From: a bacterium | GTDB taxonomy: Bacteria > SM23-31 | DNA: 64,000 nucleotides | Assembly: GCA_965249485.1 (NCBI GenBank) | Contig: OZ252239.1 | Location: 64,001 to 128,000 of the forward strand | Reading direction: 5' to 3' | In this document: positions 21,396 to 32,405 of the stretch, one piece after another | How positions within the stretch are numbered: position 1 is the first letter of the stretch | Layout: every line of letters begins with the position of its first letter | The notes under the pieces: generated by a model | The model's database searches: none | What the model saw: only the letters and a program-made list of their open reading frames with translations | Told to the model about the DNA's origin: nothing | Position numbers and translations under genes: made by a program

Positions 21396-22877
21396 GTGTT
21401 GAAAGATAGCTTCGTTACCAAGAGAGTATTATTGAGTTTACATTTCATAGTATGTATGGTGTTTGCAGTATCTATATCCAGTGCACAGGAAATAGGTCTG
21501 AATGCGAAAGCTCAACAAGAAATCATTCATCTGATCAGGAAGGAAAAACTTGACCTTATTCTGCCGGGAGCCATGCGCGACAACAATGTGGATATGTGGA
21601 TCCATGTCATTCGTGCTGGTTTCTCCGACCCGATGGCTTTGCATTTTGGATCGGTATCAGGTTATTTGATCTTTACAGACAGGGGAGGGGACAGGATTGA
21701 AAGGGCTCTTTTTGGCAGTGGAGGGCATCCCGATTTTTTTGACATTTTTGGCTCTATCGACGTTGAACGAGCCATTGCCGGTTATGATTTCGGCAAACAA
21801 GATCCCGGGGTCTACAACGAGATAACAGACTTTATTGCTGAACGTGATCCGAAAACGATCGCAGTCAATTCGTCCGAATGGCTTGCCGTGGCAGACGGGA
21901 TCTCATATACTCAATATCTGAAACTGGAAAAAATACTGGGGCCGAAATATTCGGCACGGATAGTGTCTGCTGAGAACGTGATCACTGATTTCAGGGTAAG
22001 AAGAGTGCAAAGGGAAATAATTGCTTTTGCAAATGCTACAGAGATACACCGCCAGATCCTTGAACGAGCTCTTTCCCGTGAGGTTATCACGCCCGGCGTA
22101 ACGACGCTGGGAGATGTAGGATGGTGGGTCCAGCAGCGGCTCTACGAAAACAATTTAATTAGAACTGATCGTGGTGATGGTATACTTCTCCCCCGGGTTC
22201 TTTATTCGGCACAATCCGAACCTATTGACCCGCCTGATGCCAGATGGTGGATCCATCACAATAATTATGTTTTACAGCGAGGTGATTTTTTCACGTATGA
22301 TCTTGGGCTCAAATATCTGGACTACTTCGCGACAGTTTTCAAACGCAATACATATATTATGAGAGAAGGGGAAACACATGTTCCCAGAAGTATACAATAC
22401 GCCTTTGACAAAGGGTTAGAAGCTCGTGCGATAATTCGTAAAAAGATAAAAGTAGGCAGAACAGGTGGCGAGACTATGGAAATTATTGTCTCAGCAATGG
22501 AAGAAGCAGGTTACATCTATACGCCCTTTACCGATATTGGCACTGAGGACTATAAGCTCATACAGAAAGTGCTGGCTAATACTGATAAATCCGGATTTAC
22601 CCTTGACCTTAACAGCCAGGGTATAAATAACGGAACCGCTACCACAGGAGGCACCTTTGTGTCCGTCGGTCCCTCAGTTTCGCCGTTCCGTTCAGACCGT
22701 GACAATTTGACATTCCAGGAGAATCATCTATTTTCACATGAATTTCAGGTACACACCAATCTTCCCGAAAGGCCCGGTTTTCCGATATCCATCAGTATAT
22801 CGGGTAATCATGTTCTAACAAGCCGGGGAGTTGAATTTCTCCATCCACCAAATGAGAAAATTTTACTGATCCATTGA
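21396..22877 (+). CDS. Secreted M24-fold protein, subgroup B, metal ligands largely lost
   Basis: Paralogue of 4020..5450 with D->V (ATVFK), H->N (LDLNS), E->S (SISGN). Confidence 0.75.
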   Translation: MLKDSFVTKRVLLSLHFIVCMVFAVSISSAQEIGLNAKAQQEIIHLIRKEKLDLILPGAMRDNNVDMWIHVIRAGFSDPMALHFGSVSGYLIFTDRGGDRIERALFGSGGHPDFFDIFGSIDVERAIAGYDFGKQDPGVYNEITDFIAERDPKTIAVNSSEWLAVADGISYTQYLKLEKILGPKYSARIVSAENVITDFRVRRVQREIIAFANATEIHRQILERALSREVITPGVTTLGDVGWWVQQRLYENNLIRTDRGDGILLPRVLYSAQSEPIDPPDARWWIHHNNYVLQRGDFFTYDLGLKYLDYFATVFKRNTYIMREGETHVPRSIQYAFDKGLEARAIIRKKIKVGRTGGETMEIIVSAMEEAGYIYTPFTDIGTEDYKLIQKVLANTDKSGFTLDLNSQGINNGTATTGGTFVSVGPSVSPFRSDRDNLTFQENHLFSHEFQVHTNLPERPGFPISISISGNHVLTSRGVEFLHPPNEKILLIH

Positions 22878-23000
22878 GCTGCGACAAGTTTGAGAATGAA
22901 AAAATAGTTTTAGTATTAATCACAAATGATATTGAATGAGATATACTACAAAAAAGCCTTGATGGATTTTCTTCAGAGCTTATTAAACTAATCGCATTCT

Positions 23001-23031
23001 GATCCTCGGGCTGTACGGTTTGCGAACCTTT
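23001..23031 (+). repeat. Cassette-boundary repeat between convergent genes
   Basis: gatcctcgggctgtacggtttgcgaaccttt. Confidence 0.92.
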
Positions 23032-23227
23032 AAGTTGGAAATCATACAACAGGTCATCATTGCAATTTCAATCAGAAGGGGCTGACTTTTGTATAATCAG
23101 CCCTTGATATCTTGAAGGGAAATTTAATAATTAAGATTCCATATTGTCCTGAAACGAGTCATAGGAACAATCACATCACAAATAACTCACAAAAAATTAA
23201 AAATCAATTCCTCTCCCAGGCTCGGGC

Positions 23228-24691
23228 TCATTTCATGAGTACAATTTTCTCATTGAGCGGTTGAATAAATTCAACTCCCTTGTTGGTTATTATTTGAGGA
23301 TTTGAAATATTAATGCAAAGTGGATAACCGGGTCTTTCAGCAATGTTCATATGGACCTGATATTCAAAAGCAAAGAGATTATTCTCTTGAATCATCAAAT
23401 GATCCCGGTCTCTCCGAAATGGCCCCATTGAGGGTCCCAAATCACCCAAAATACCAAAACTGTGATTGTCAATGGAAAATCCTACATAATCCATTCCTTT
23501 ACCGGCGAGTACCTTCTGTACCATTCTGTAGTCTTCATCTCCTTCTCTCGAACCGCCTCGAAGACGTTCCATTGAATCGGTAAAAGGTGTATGTTCATAA
23601 CCGGCATCTTCCATGAGTTTGATCATAGCCTCCATAGATTCCCCGGAGGTCATGCCGACTTTCATACCTTCCTTCATAATCCATTGACCGGCGATCGCTT
23701 TATCAAAGACTTTCTGTATGAATTCGGGAGCTCTTGTTTCTCCTTCTCTCAAGATATATACATGAATTTTTGTGTCTACTCCAAAGCCCATATAGCTGCC
23801 CCGGGGACCGCCACCTCCTCCGCCAACAAAGAAATCACCGCGCTGAAGAATGTAGTCTGGATTGGCTTGAATCCACCTGACAGAGGGTGGAAAATCTTTT
23901 TCTTGTTCTTGAGGTTTGGTACCTGCCGAATAGTAAAGCCGGCCGTTTATATCCCCAATCGTTGTTACACCCGGCTCGATTTTGGATATATTTTGTAATG
24001 CACGCTGGCGGGCCAGCGCCAATACTTCGGTCTGTGCCGCCACTTCCCTGCTCGTCCTTCTCACCACGAAATCTGTAATGACATTCTCTGCGGACACAAT
24101 TCTCTGAGAATATTTAGGCTCCAAAATCTTTTCCAGTTTCAAGTAAGAAGAATGTGAAATCCCATCAGCTTCGCGGAGCCAATCAGAAAAATTGACTGCA
24201 ATCGTTTGAGGATCCCGTTCGGCAACAAATTCTGTTATTTCATCGTAGACTTCTGGAATCGAAAATCCCTGTATGGGATCAGTATTGTTATAATTATAAC
24301 CGGTAAAAGCTCGTCGTAAATGCCAGGAACCTTCTACATCAATTTTTTCAACAGCTCCTGCTGGATTAGAAAACATTGAGCCGCCAAAAATAGCCCGTTC
24401 TATCCTGTCACCAAGATCGGTAAAGATTAAATAACCGGTGAATGACCCAAAATACACAGACAATGGATCTCCACCACGACTGACGTGAATCCACATATCT
24501 ACATTATTATCGCGCATGGCTCCCGGCAGAACAAGGTCAAGTTTATCGTTTCTCATCAGACGAAGAGCTTCTCTATCGGTCTCTACCGTACGTTGCGGAA
24601 GTGGGTTGAAGGAATCTCCACCTCTCTGTGCTATTGCATTAGGTACAGTGATCATCACAGCACATAAAAATATCATTATTCGAGATAGCAT
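23228..24691 (-). CDS. Secreted M24-fold protein, subgroup D
   Basis: DMWIHV, ADGISH, GVDTK, IDNHS, AFEY; close paralogue of 39804..41252. Confidence 0.75.
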   Translation of the reverse strand: MLSRIMIFLCAVMITVPNAIAQRGGDSFNPLPQRTVETDREALRLMRNDKLDLVLPGAMRDNNVDMWIHVSRGGDPLSVYFGSFTGYLIFTDLGDRIERAIFGGSMFSNPAGAVEKIDVEGSWHLRRAFTGYNYNNTDPIQGFSIPEVYDEITEFVAERDPQTIAVNFSDWLREADGISHSSYLKLEKILEPKYSQRIVSAENVITDFVVRRTSREVAAQTEVLALARQRALQNISKIEPGVTTIGDINGRLYYSAGTKPQEQEKDFPPSVRWIQANPDYILQRGDFFVGGGGGGPRGSYMGFGVDTKIHVYILREGETRAPEFIQKVFDKAIAGQWIMKEGMKVGMTSGESMEAMIKLMEDAGYEHTPFTDSMERLRGGSREGDEDYRMVQKVLAGKGMDYVGFSIDNHSFGILGDLGPSMGPFRRDRDHLMIQENNLFAFEYQVHMNIAERPGYPLCINISNPQIITNKGVEFIQPLNEKIVLMK

Positions 24692-24858
24692 AACTTACTC
24701 CATTTTAAATAAACAGTGGCATTGTGTTACTATTTTATTTGTGTTTTGTTTCAAGTGTGGTCAGGCGTTATGACATCAGGATTATTGCAGCGGATTGTTT
24801 ATGATTTTTATGCAACCTGGGTGCGTATTGTAAGAACATTTGTAGCACTCGTATGTAT

Positions 24859-24887
24859 ATAGTAAGGTATGCATTTTATTTTAACAA
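24859..24887 (-). promoter_or_regulatory. sigma70-like promoter next to the repeat
   Basis: TTGTTA-17bp-TACTAT. Confidence 0.6.
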
Positions 24888-24896
24888 GTGAATTCT

Positions 24897-24925
24897 GCTC
24901 ACCGGGCGGTACGATTTGCAAAGCT
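24897..24925 (+). repeat. Cassette-boundary repeat
   Basis: gctcaccgggcggtacgatttgcaaagct, 6 nt from the stop codon at 24932. Confidence 0.85.
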
Positions 24926-24931
24926 CAATAC

Positions 24932-26305
24932 TCAATGGATCAGTATAATTCCTTCATTGGGCGGTTGGATATTTTCTACTCCCCGGCTGGTAATAACTTG
25001 AGCGTTTGAAATATTTAAGGCTAATGGATAACCCGGTCTTTCGGCAATCTTCATATGGACCATATATTCAAATGCAAAAATATGATTCTCTTGAATTTTT
25101 AAACGAAACGTGTCCGGCCGAAACGGCCCCATAGAGGGTCCGACCTCACCGGTATTACCTAAAGCGTGATTATCGATGGAAAATCCCGGCTTATCGGTAG
25201 TAGCGAGCACCCTCCGGACCATTTGATAGTCTCGTGCGCCATTATCTGAAAAAGGTGTATGTATATACCCGGCATCTTCCATGGCTTTGATCATCGCCTT
25301 AAAAGATTCTCCGGCAGTCATGCCAACTCTCATATGCGGCCGCATAATCCATTGGCCTGCTATCGCCTTATCATAGACTTCCTGTAAAAAATTGGGGACT
25401 TTTGTTTCCCCTTTTCGTAAAATATATGCATAAATTTTAGAATCCACCTGAAAACCCATATGTTCATACCTTTCACCACGACCGCCATAAAATAAATCAC
25501 CACGCTGTAATGTGTAATGAGGTGAACTCGTTTCGGACATATCTGAAATAGCGGAATAGACAACCCGGGCACCTACTTCCCTTGCTGAGGTTGAACCCGG
25601 CACGATAGTATGTAAATTTTCTATAGCACGCTGTCGGGCCATTGTCAATAAATGGGTTTGTGCTGCAATTTCCCTGCTCGTCCTTCTCACCACGAAATCT
25701 GATATAACATTCTCTGCAGAAACCATTCTTGCAGAATATTTAGTCCCTAAGATCTTTTGCAGTTTCAAAAAGGAAGTATATGAAATCCCGTCTGCCAAAG
25801 GAAGCCATTCGGAAAAATTTACCGCGATCGTTTTCGGATCACGCTCGGCAACAAATTGTGTTATTTCATCGTAGACTTCGGGAATCGTAAAACTCTGACT
25901 CTTGTCCATATTGTTATAATTGTACCCGCCTAATGCCATATTTACATCGCGGGAGCCGCGTACGTCAATATTTTCAATAGCACCTGTATTAAAACCGAAC
26001 ATAGCCCGCTCGATCCTGTCCCCCAGGTCGGTAAAGATCAAATAACCGGAAGTCTCTCCAAAATGCGGGGCCAATTTATCTCCACTTTTTTGGTTAGCAA
26101 AAACCCCCTGTCCACGAGTGACATGGATCCACATGTCCGCATTATTGTCGCGCATGGCTCCCGGCAGAATAAGATCGAGTTTTTCGTTTCTTATCAGACG
26201 AAGGATTTCCGCTTCGGTTTCCGGTGTATATCCCTCTGGTTGCGCATAGACATTAAGTGCTGTAAAAAGCACAGATAGAGATAGTAACACAACTCGAGCT
26301 ATCAT
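24932..26305 (-). CDS. Secreted M24-fold protein, subgroup D
   Basis: QVDSK, IDNHA, AFEY, NISNA. Confidence 0.75.
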   Translation of the reverse strand: MIARVVLLSLSVLFTALNVYAQPEGYTPETEAEILRLIRNEKLDLILPGAMRDNNADMWIHVTRGQGVFANQKSGDKLAPHFGETSGYLIFTDLGDRIERAMFGFNTGAIENIDVRGSRDVNMALGGYNYNNMDKSQSFTIPEVYDEITQFVAERDPKTIAVNFSEWLPLADGISYTSFLKLQKILGTKYSARMVSAENVISDFVVRRTSREIAAQTHLLTMARQRAIENLHTIVPGSTSAREVGARVVYSAISDMSETSSPHYTLQRGDLFYGGRGERYEHMGFQVDSKIYAYILRKGETKVPNFLQEVYDKAIAGQWIMRPHMRVGMTAGESFKAMIKAMEDAGYIHTPFSDNGARDYQMVRRVLATTDKPGFSIDNHALGNTGEVGPSMGPFRPDTFRLKIQENHIFAFEYMVHMKIAERPGYPLALNISNAQVITSRGVENIQPPNEGIILIH

Positions 26306-26359
26306 AGCTTGCTCCTCTCTCCTGACTTCTGGTGATAAATATTGCGATTTGTATTTTAT

Positions 26360-26390
26360 GCTCCCCGGGCAGTACGATGTGCGAACCTTT
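26360..26390 (+). repeat. Cassette-boundary repeat
   Basis: gctccccgggcagtacgatgtgcgaaccttt. Confidence 0.9.
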
Positions 26391-26485
26391 ATGCGTATGT
26401 ATCATACCCGGAGCGGTACAATGGTCTGAAAAATTTTCAAACAAACTATTACTTTCGTATTAGCAATATTCTGCAGAGTTTGGAA

Positions 26486-28468
26486 TTATTGAATATAATA
26501 CGGCTCCTTTTGCGGTGGATATATATACCCGACTCCATCTTCGGTGACATACGCGGGGTCATGAAACCATAAATTTAAATATTTCTCCTGGTGTTTTAAA
26601 CTTGCTAATGCCATATAGACAAAGAATTCAGTAGTAAAATGGTGAACGGGTGAAATTGTCCAATCCCGCATCCATGCCGGACCTAAAGGACCAATTCTGG
26701 CAGGGTAAGGATCCTCCTGGAGGCCATGAGCGTCGATAGCAACCTGGGTTTTTTCAGGATCCAGATCTTTGAAGTATAGCTGCCTGACATTAGCAATAAT
26801 CCCAACATCTGCAAGTTCCTTCTTGAGGATCTCATAGGTTTCACGGGCAGTACGCCCTACCTTGATATTATCTTCCATAACCGTACGGATTTTCCACGAA
26901 TCTGCCCAGATTTTTGCGAGTTCGGGAGGCAGCTCAGTCTCTCCTTTACGGAGCAGATAGGCATATCGTGCGTCTATTTGAATCAGGTCGCCTCTCTGGA
27001 ATACATAATCGGCAGGGGTAAAAATCCTTTCAGGTTTCATGGCAGTTGCACTGTTCTCAAGATCGCTGTTTTTGGTTTTACCCGCCACGATTTTAGCAAA
27101 ATCTCTATTGATACTTTCGTATCTTTCCTTGTATATTTGGTTATCTAATTCAATTCTGCTCGGCACTGCTTCCGCTAAGTAGTCCACTCTCAAATATTCT
27201 GCCGAGACAATCCTCTTCGCATATGTATCACCGACAGCTTTGACCAACAGGTTGTAGTCGGTATGTGAAATGCCGTCATTCCATACTGAGTCATCCACGG
27301 GAGGTCCCAGCTCGTTCCAGTAATTTACAGCAATGCGTTTGGGGTCCCGTTCCTCAACAAATTCTCCGACACCATTATATCGGTGATCATATTCGGATTC
27401 CGAACCTCCGGATATTACACTCCTGGATAGTGCTTCCCCGACAATGTCGTAATCTCCTGATTCTTCAACCACATCCGATTCATCACCGCTCCATCGAAGA
27501 CCGAGAACCGCCCGTTCGATCCTGTCACCACCACGGTCCGTGAAGATGAAAACACCGGAAGTACTGCCAAAAAAATCTGCAAGATGATCAGGATTCGTTT
27601 CTCTCAGTACATGAATCCACATGTCGATATTGTTCTTCCGCATGGCTTGTGGCAGAAGATTGTCAAACTCTTCCTGACGAATTTTATTCAGCAATTCCTT
27701 ATGACTTTCGTAATCTCGTTCCCAATCCCTGGACATTGTCATCTCAGTCGCTGCCGGTTCAACCCAACCGGACTCGCTCGGCACCGGTCTCGATAGGTAC
27801 TCTTTTGTCAGGTATTCAGAAGAGACAACCCTACTGGCATAGGTGTTACCGATAGCTTTGACCAGGAGGTTGAAGTCTGTATGCGAAATGCCGTCTCTTG
27901 AAGGTGTACCCGCGAGTGGTTCCAGCTCATCCCGGTAATTTACGGCAATGCGTTTGGGGTCTCGTTCCGCAACAAACTCGCCAATGCCTTTAAATCTGAA
28001 GTCATATTGTGACTCCGGGCCTCCCGGCATTTCTCTCTGGAACGTTGTCTCTCCGATTATGTCGTAAGCACCACATTCTTCAACCAATTTATGAGCCAAA
28101 CTGCTTGCCCTGCCGCTCGTACTCGGACCTTGTCTCCAACGAATTCCGAGAACCGCCCGTTCGATCCTGTCACCACCACGGTCTGTGAAAATGAAAACAC
28201 CGGAGGTACTGCCAAGGTGATCTGCACCAAAGGGATCAGGAATAGCTTCTCTCACTACATGAATCCACATGTCGATTTTGTTCTCCCGCATAACTTCTGG
28301 CAGCACGAGATCAAATTTTTCAAGACGAATTTGATTCATCAAATTCTTTCGAGCATTGTCTTCCTGAGCCTCTGCATCGGCTAATTCCATTTCGGTCGTT
28401 TCAGAACTACAGAAATTCAGAATAAAGGACACGGAAAGGATCACACAAAATATTTGTCGAGTAAACAT
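26486..28468 (-). CDS. M24-fold protein with tandemly duplicated N-terminal domain
   Basis: IDMWIHV...GSTSGVFIFTDRGGDRIERAVLG...DPKRIAVNY...DGISHTD occurs twice. Confidence 0.75.
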   Translation of the reverse strand: MFTRQIFCVILSVSFILNFCSSETTEMELADAEAQEDNARKNLMNQIRLEKFDLVLPEVMRENKIDMWIHVVREAIPDPFGADHLGSTSGVFIFTDRGGDRIERAVLGIRWRQGPSTSGRASSLAHKLVEECGAYDIIGETTFQREMPGGPESQYDFRFKGIGEFVAERDPKRIAVNYRDELEPLAGTPSRDGISHTDFNLLVKAIGNTYASRVVSSEYLTKEYLSRPVPSESGWVEPAATEMTMSRDWERDYESHKELLNKIRQEEFDNLLPQAMRKNNIDMWIHVLRETNPDHLADFFGSTSGVFIFTDRGGDRIERAVLGLRWSGDESDVVEESGDYDIVGEALSRSVISGGSESEYDHRYNGVGEFVEERDPKRIAVNYWNELGPPVDDSVWNDGISHTDYNLLVKAVGDTYAKRIVSAEYLRVDYLAEAVPSRIELDNQIYKERYESINRDFAKIVAGKTKNSDLENSATAMKPERIFTPADYVFQRGDLIQIDARYAYLLRKGETELPPELAKIWADSWKIRTVMEDNIKVGRTARETYEILKKELADVGIIANVRQLYFKDLDPEKTQVAIDAHGLQEDPYPARIGPLGPAWMRDWTISPVHHFTTEFFVYMALASLKHQEKYLNLWFHDPAYVTEDGVGYIYPPQKEPYYIQ

Positions 28469-28601
28469 ACGAGAGTCTCCTTCATTGCGTATATATTCCT
28501 TATATTAATTCCCTATAAAGATTAATTGGGATTGTGTTGAATTTCGATACTATTGTAACATCGTGTGTATGTCGTCAGACACGTCGGACATTTTACGTTC
28601 A

Positions 28602-28630
28602 ATAGTAAGGTATGCATTTATCTTTTACAA
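28602..28630 (-). promoter_or_regulatory. sigma70-like promoter next to the repeat
   Basis: TTGTAA-17bp-TACTAT. Confidence 0.6.
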
Positions 28631-28639
28631 GTGTTTTCA

Positions 28640-28668
28640 GCTCCCCGGGCTGTACGATTTTCAAACCT
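28640..28668 (+). repeat. Cassette-boundary repeat
   Basis: gctccccgggctgtacgattttcaaacct. Confidence 0.9.
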
Positions 28669-29036
28669 ATGAAGTATCATTACAATGTAGTATTCTTAAA
28701 AAGTGACGTGGAGAACATTGGTTAAAAGGCAGAACTTTTACACAAGTGCTTACTTCTGATAGATAAAAGTAACTTCCTGTTACTATCACTCAATATTTCC
28801 CAATTTGACGTATTGAATAGTTGTGTTAATGTTGCAATTATGACAAGACACGTATTGGTGATAATTGTTATGACCAGGAAAGAGCGATACAGCGAAATGA
28901 AAACCGGCTGATCAGGTTGGTAAGGCACTCTACAAGAATTACCGAAGAATTCATAGAAAATATAGGATATGAGACAGGTTTGAGTAAATGAAACGTCAGA
29001 CAGATATTGGGAGGAAAAAATAAGCAGAAAGTATGG

Positions 29037-29450
29037 CTAATGCATTACTCCTTGCTTTTCCTTTTGAAGAACTATTCCTAACAACACCATCAAAGATACT
29101 ATAAACAGAATCGAGGAAACTGAGATCGTGTCAAATATTTTTAACGAGCCGAAACATCCGCAGCTAAACTATTCTCCTCTGTAAAGATTGATCGCCTTTC
29201 CCGCCCCGAAGGCACCGAGCAATAAAATCAATATTGATATCACCCACGTCCTGAAAATATTCATAACTATTAAAATACCACACACAACTTCAACCATAGG
29301 TATCGTAAACATTGCGAAATAATTGAGTTCCGCCGGTAGAATCCCAAAACTCTCGACAGAGTGGTAAAATAGTTCATAATTGGAAATTTTAAAGCTCCCG
29401 GAGATAATAAAAAGTAACCCTAATACTACCCTTAATACTTTTAAGACCAT
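29037..29450 (-). pseudogene. MauE/DoxX family membrane protein with in-frame TAG
   Basis: After TAG at 29169-29171 the same frame reads FSCGCFG..., the MauE motif, to a stop at 29037. Confidence 0.75.
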
Positions 29451-29459
29451 TGTATTCCT

Positions 29460-31418
29460 TTATTTATCGTTCATATGTTTCTGCAGCAAAATTTTCAATT
29501 CTCTTATTTCATATGGTTTTGGCAATACATCTAAAAATCCATACTCTTTGTATTGTGATAAAACTTTATCATGTGAATAACCGCTCGATACAATGGCTTT
29601 AATATGCGGATCAATATCTTTCAACTTTTCCAGCGTAACTTTTCCGCCCATTCCTCCCGGTATTGTCAGATCCAGAATAGCCATATTAAACGGTTTACCG
29701 GATGATAGTGCCTGCTTATAACATTCAATTGCCTGTTCGCCATTTTCCGCACATTCCACTTCGAAACCCTCGGATACCAGGAAAGATTTAATCGTCTCGA
29801 GGAACTCAATTTCATCATCCATTATCAGAATTCTACCCGATATTTCTTGTGCCGCATATTCAGGTTCGGATATATCCACCAATTGTCCGGTTGAAGCCGG
29901 AATATAAATATCAAACGTTGTCCCTTTCTGCATTTCAGATTCGGCAAAAATGTAACCATTATGTTTTTTTACTATAGAATAGGTAGTTGCCAGACCCAGC
30001 CCACTCCCTGTTTGTTTTGTCGTAAAAAAGGGATCAAATACCTTCTCAAGATATTGTGGATTGATACCAATCCCCTGGTCCTTAAAAGACAGTTTAACAT
30101 ACTTCCCCGGCCGGATATGTCATTTATAGTCATCGTCTATTTCACAATTTTCCGTCGTTACCGTAATATAACCGCCATCAGGCATTGCCTGTGTAGCATT
30201 AATAACTAAATTATTTATTACCTGGGTAAACTGATCCGCATCGATATCAACATTCCATGTATCTTCGGATAATTCAAATTCACGTTTAACATTTGAACCG
30301 GTTAAGGCAAAATCAACGATGTTTTCAATAAATTTTGTCAGGGACACTGTTTTCATAACTGGTAATCCACCTTTAGCGAAGGTGAGCAGCTGATTCGTCA
30401 ATCCTGCGGCACGCATAATATTTTTTTCAGCTGCATCTAAGAAATGTGGAATTTCCTCATCAATTTCCATCGATTCCAGTTTTGCCTTTGTAATCTGAAC
30501 ATTTAAGCTGATCAAGTGAAGCATATTATTAAAATCGTGCGCAATCCCCCCCGCAAGCACACTCAGTGAATCAAGTTTCTCAGCTTTAATGAGTTCTGCG
30601 CTTTGATTCTCTATTTTTATAAGCATATCATTAAAAGAATCGATGAGTTCTCCGATCTCATCATTGAAATATTTCGTGGCTCTCAGACTGTAATCACGTT
30701 TTTTGTTTATCTGTCGTGCGGTAACAATGAGACTTTCGATCGGACGTGTTATGATGCCCGTAAATGAAATTGCAAGCATTACTCTGAAGAGTGAGGCAAA
30801 CAGTAGTACCAATACTGCAATTGGAAATATATTTACTCCATGGAATAATACGGCCGGCAGGGGCGCTCGTGTTATTACCGTTCCAACGAAATTATTTTCG
30901 TATTGAATGAAAGATGAAATTTGAAATGTTCTAAATACATCGATATATTTTGCTAATATCACATCTTTTTGAAACCATTGGCTGAATGAAAGTTGCTTTG
31001 GTCGTAAATCCGGATTTAACGTTTCACCCATAAAAGCAAGATCATTCTTATTGTCTTTTTCATATACAGCAAACCATTTCGGCATTTGGAGGGGATTGCG
31101 TGTTACAGCAGATGACGTATCAATTATACTTATGATTCGTGCGGATGTGAAAATAAGATTTTTGGGAAAGTGATCAATTAGTATCTTTTGAGCTTTTGTG
31201 CTATCTTTATTATAAATTGCCTGGCCCAAGTCGTCTTCAATATCCTTTTGTATAGTTATAAGCTCTTCATAGTGAACACCCAACTGTTCAATTAAAAAGT
31301 AATTCAGGAGGAATATGAATCCCACCGATACTGCAATAACGATTATAATAATGTTATTAACGATAAGTTTGTATTTGAAGGGGATGTGTATGAGTTTTTC
31401 TTTAAAGAATGATAACAT
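29460..31418 (-). pseudogene. Hybrid sensor histidine kinase (HAMP-HisKA-HATPase-REC) interrupted by one in-frame TGA
   Basis: AGGIAHDFNN; after TGA at 30120-30122 the frame continues DQGIGI..FDPFFTTK..GSGLGL into receiver ORF 29460..29933. Confidence 0.85.
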
Positions 31419-31447
31419 TGGAAGTTAACCCGGAATGGAACGGAATG

Positions 31448-31984
31448 TCATTGTAACAGAGATTCCAGTCTTTTAGCCAGTAGTGACCCTTTTATGTGCC
31501 TCATACATTCAACCAATAAATGAATCAACATAATGAATATGATATACTGAATTTTAATATTTATCAGGCTGAGCGTAATAGAGAGCAAAATAATGGAAAA
31601 CAGTACATCCCTGTTCTTTTTGGAAAAGAGGTAATACACAACAATTATAATACTTGCTATCATCAGCTCGATCACATATAAATTGATATACGGCCTATTG
31701 AAAGATATGAGAAAATTGCTATACGGAAGTATAAATATACTGCCAATATAAAAACCGGTCAACTCATTTTTCACAAAAAGATACAACCATAAGAACAGGA
31801 TGATCTGAATAAAGAATAAACTTGGTGGTGTGAGAAACATGACAAAAAACAGGAGAGAATAAAACCGGAACCGGTCTTGAAATATAGCCAGAGACACTAT
31901 TGACAGGATTAAACCGGAAAGAATAATGTAAAAATCAAAATCACCTGTGTTTAATGTTTCATTTTCAAAAAATAGACCGAGCAC
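31448..31984 (-). CDS. Hypothetical multi-pass membrane protein (may be a fragment together with 31951..32181)
   Basis: Hydrophobic AT-rich ORF; no recognised motif. Confidence 0.4.
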   Translation of the reverse strand: MLGLFFENETLNTGDFDFYIILSGLILSIVSLAIFQDRFRFYSLLFFVMFLTPPSLFFIQIILFLWLYLFVKNELTGFYIGSIFILPYSNFLISFNRPYINLYVIELMIASIIIVVYYLFSKKNRDVLFSIILLSITLSLINIKIQYIIFIMLIHLLVECMRHIKGSLLAKRLESLLQ

Positions 31985-32405
31985 GCGTTTTTTTGCACTA
32001 TGTTGGATGTATACGGTATGAAACTATAGTAATGAAACTGAATGAAACCTTGCTCTATAAGACTATAATGAATTACGAATTGACTATCAGAACTATTATT
32101 CAATTGCAACACAATATAATGATTCTTCCGTACAATCATACTATAGTAGAGCCATAACAGCACAAAGAGCAGCCACCACACAGTGACTTACTATTACATG
32201 ATGGGCAGCTGCTCTTCTATGTATTTGACGTTCTTTACCCCGTGAAATATTTTCAGTAAAGAAAAGATGAGAACCCCATTCCAGCCGGATACCGCCTATC
32301 TACAACTAGATCTTTTTCAAATTCTCTCAAATGTCTCGAAAAAATTCACGAAACAGAATAAAACCTATGACCTATAGTAACAGTAGTTCGTATAAAATAT
32401 CAGTA

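Noticed and set aside
23001..23031. Repeat as terminator, REP element or transcription-factor operator
   Set aside because: No stable stem-loop or U tract and little dyad symmetry; it occurs between convergent genes with fixed strand regardless of gene direction. An operator role is not fully excluded for promoter-linked copies.
28722..29045. Possible decayed thioredoxin/peroxiredoxin-like gene after MauE
   Set aside because: Only a faint WEILSD.N similarity and no CxxC; cannot be supported.
29169..30122. Pyrrolysine/selenocysteine or alternative genetic code for the in-frame TAG and TGA
   Set aside because: TGA and TAG terminate normal genes elsewhere in the window (e.g. 4020, 5593), the positions are non-catalytic, and no convincing SECIS is evident; nonsense mutation is simpler.
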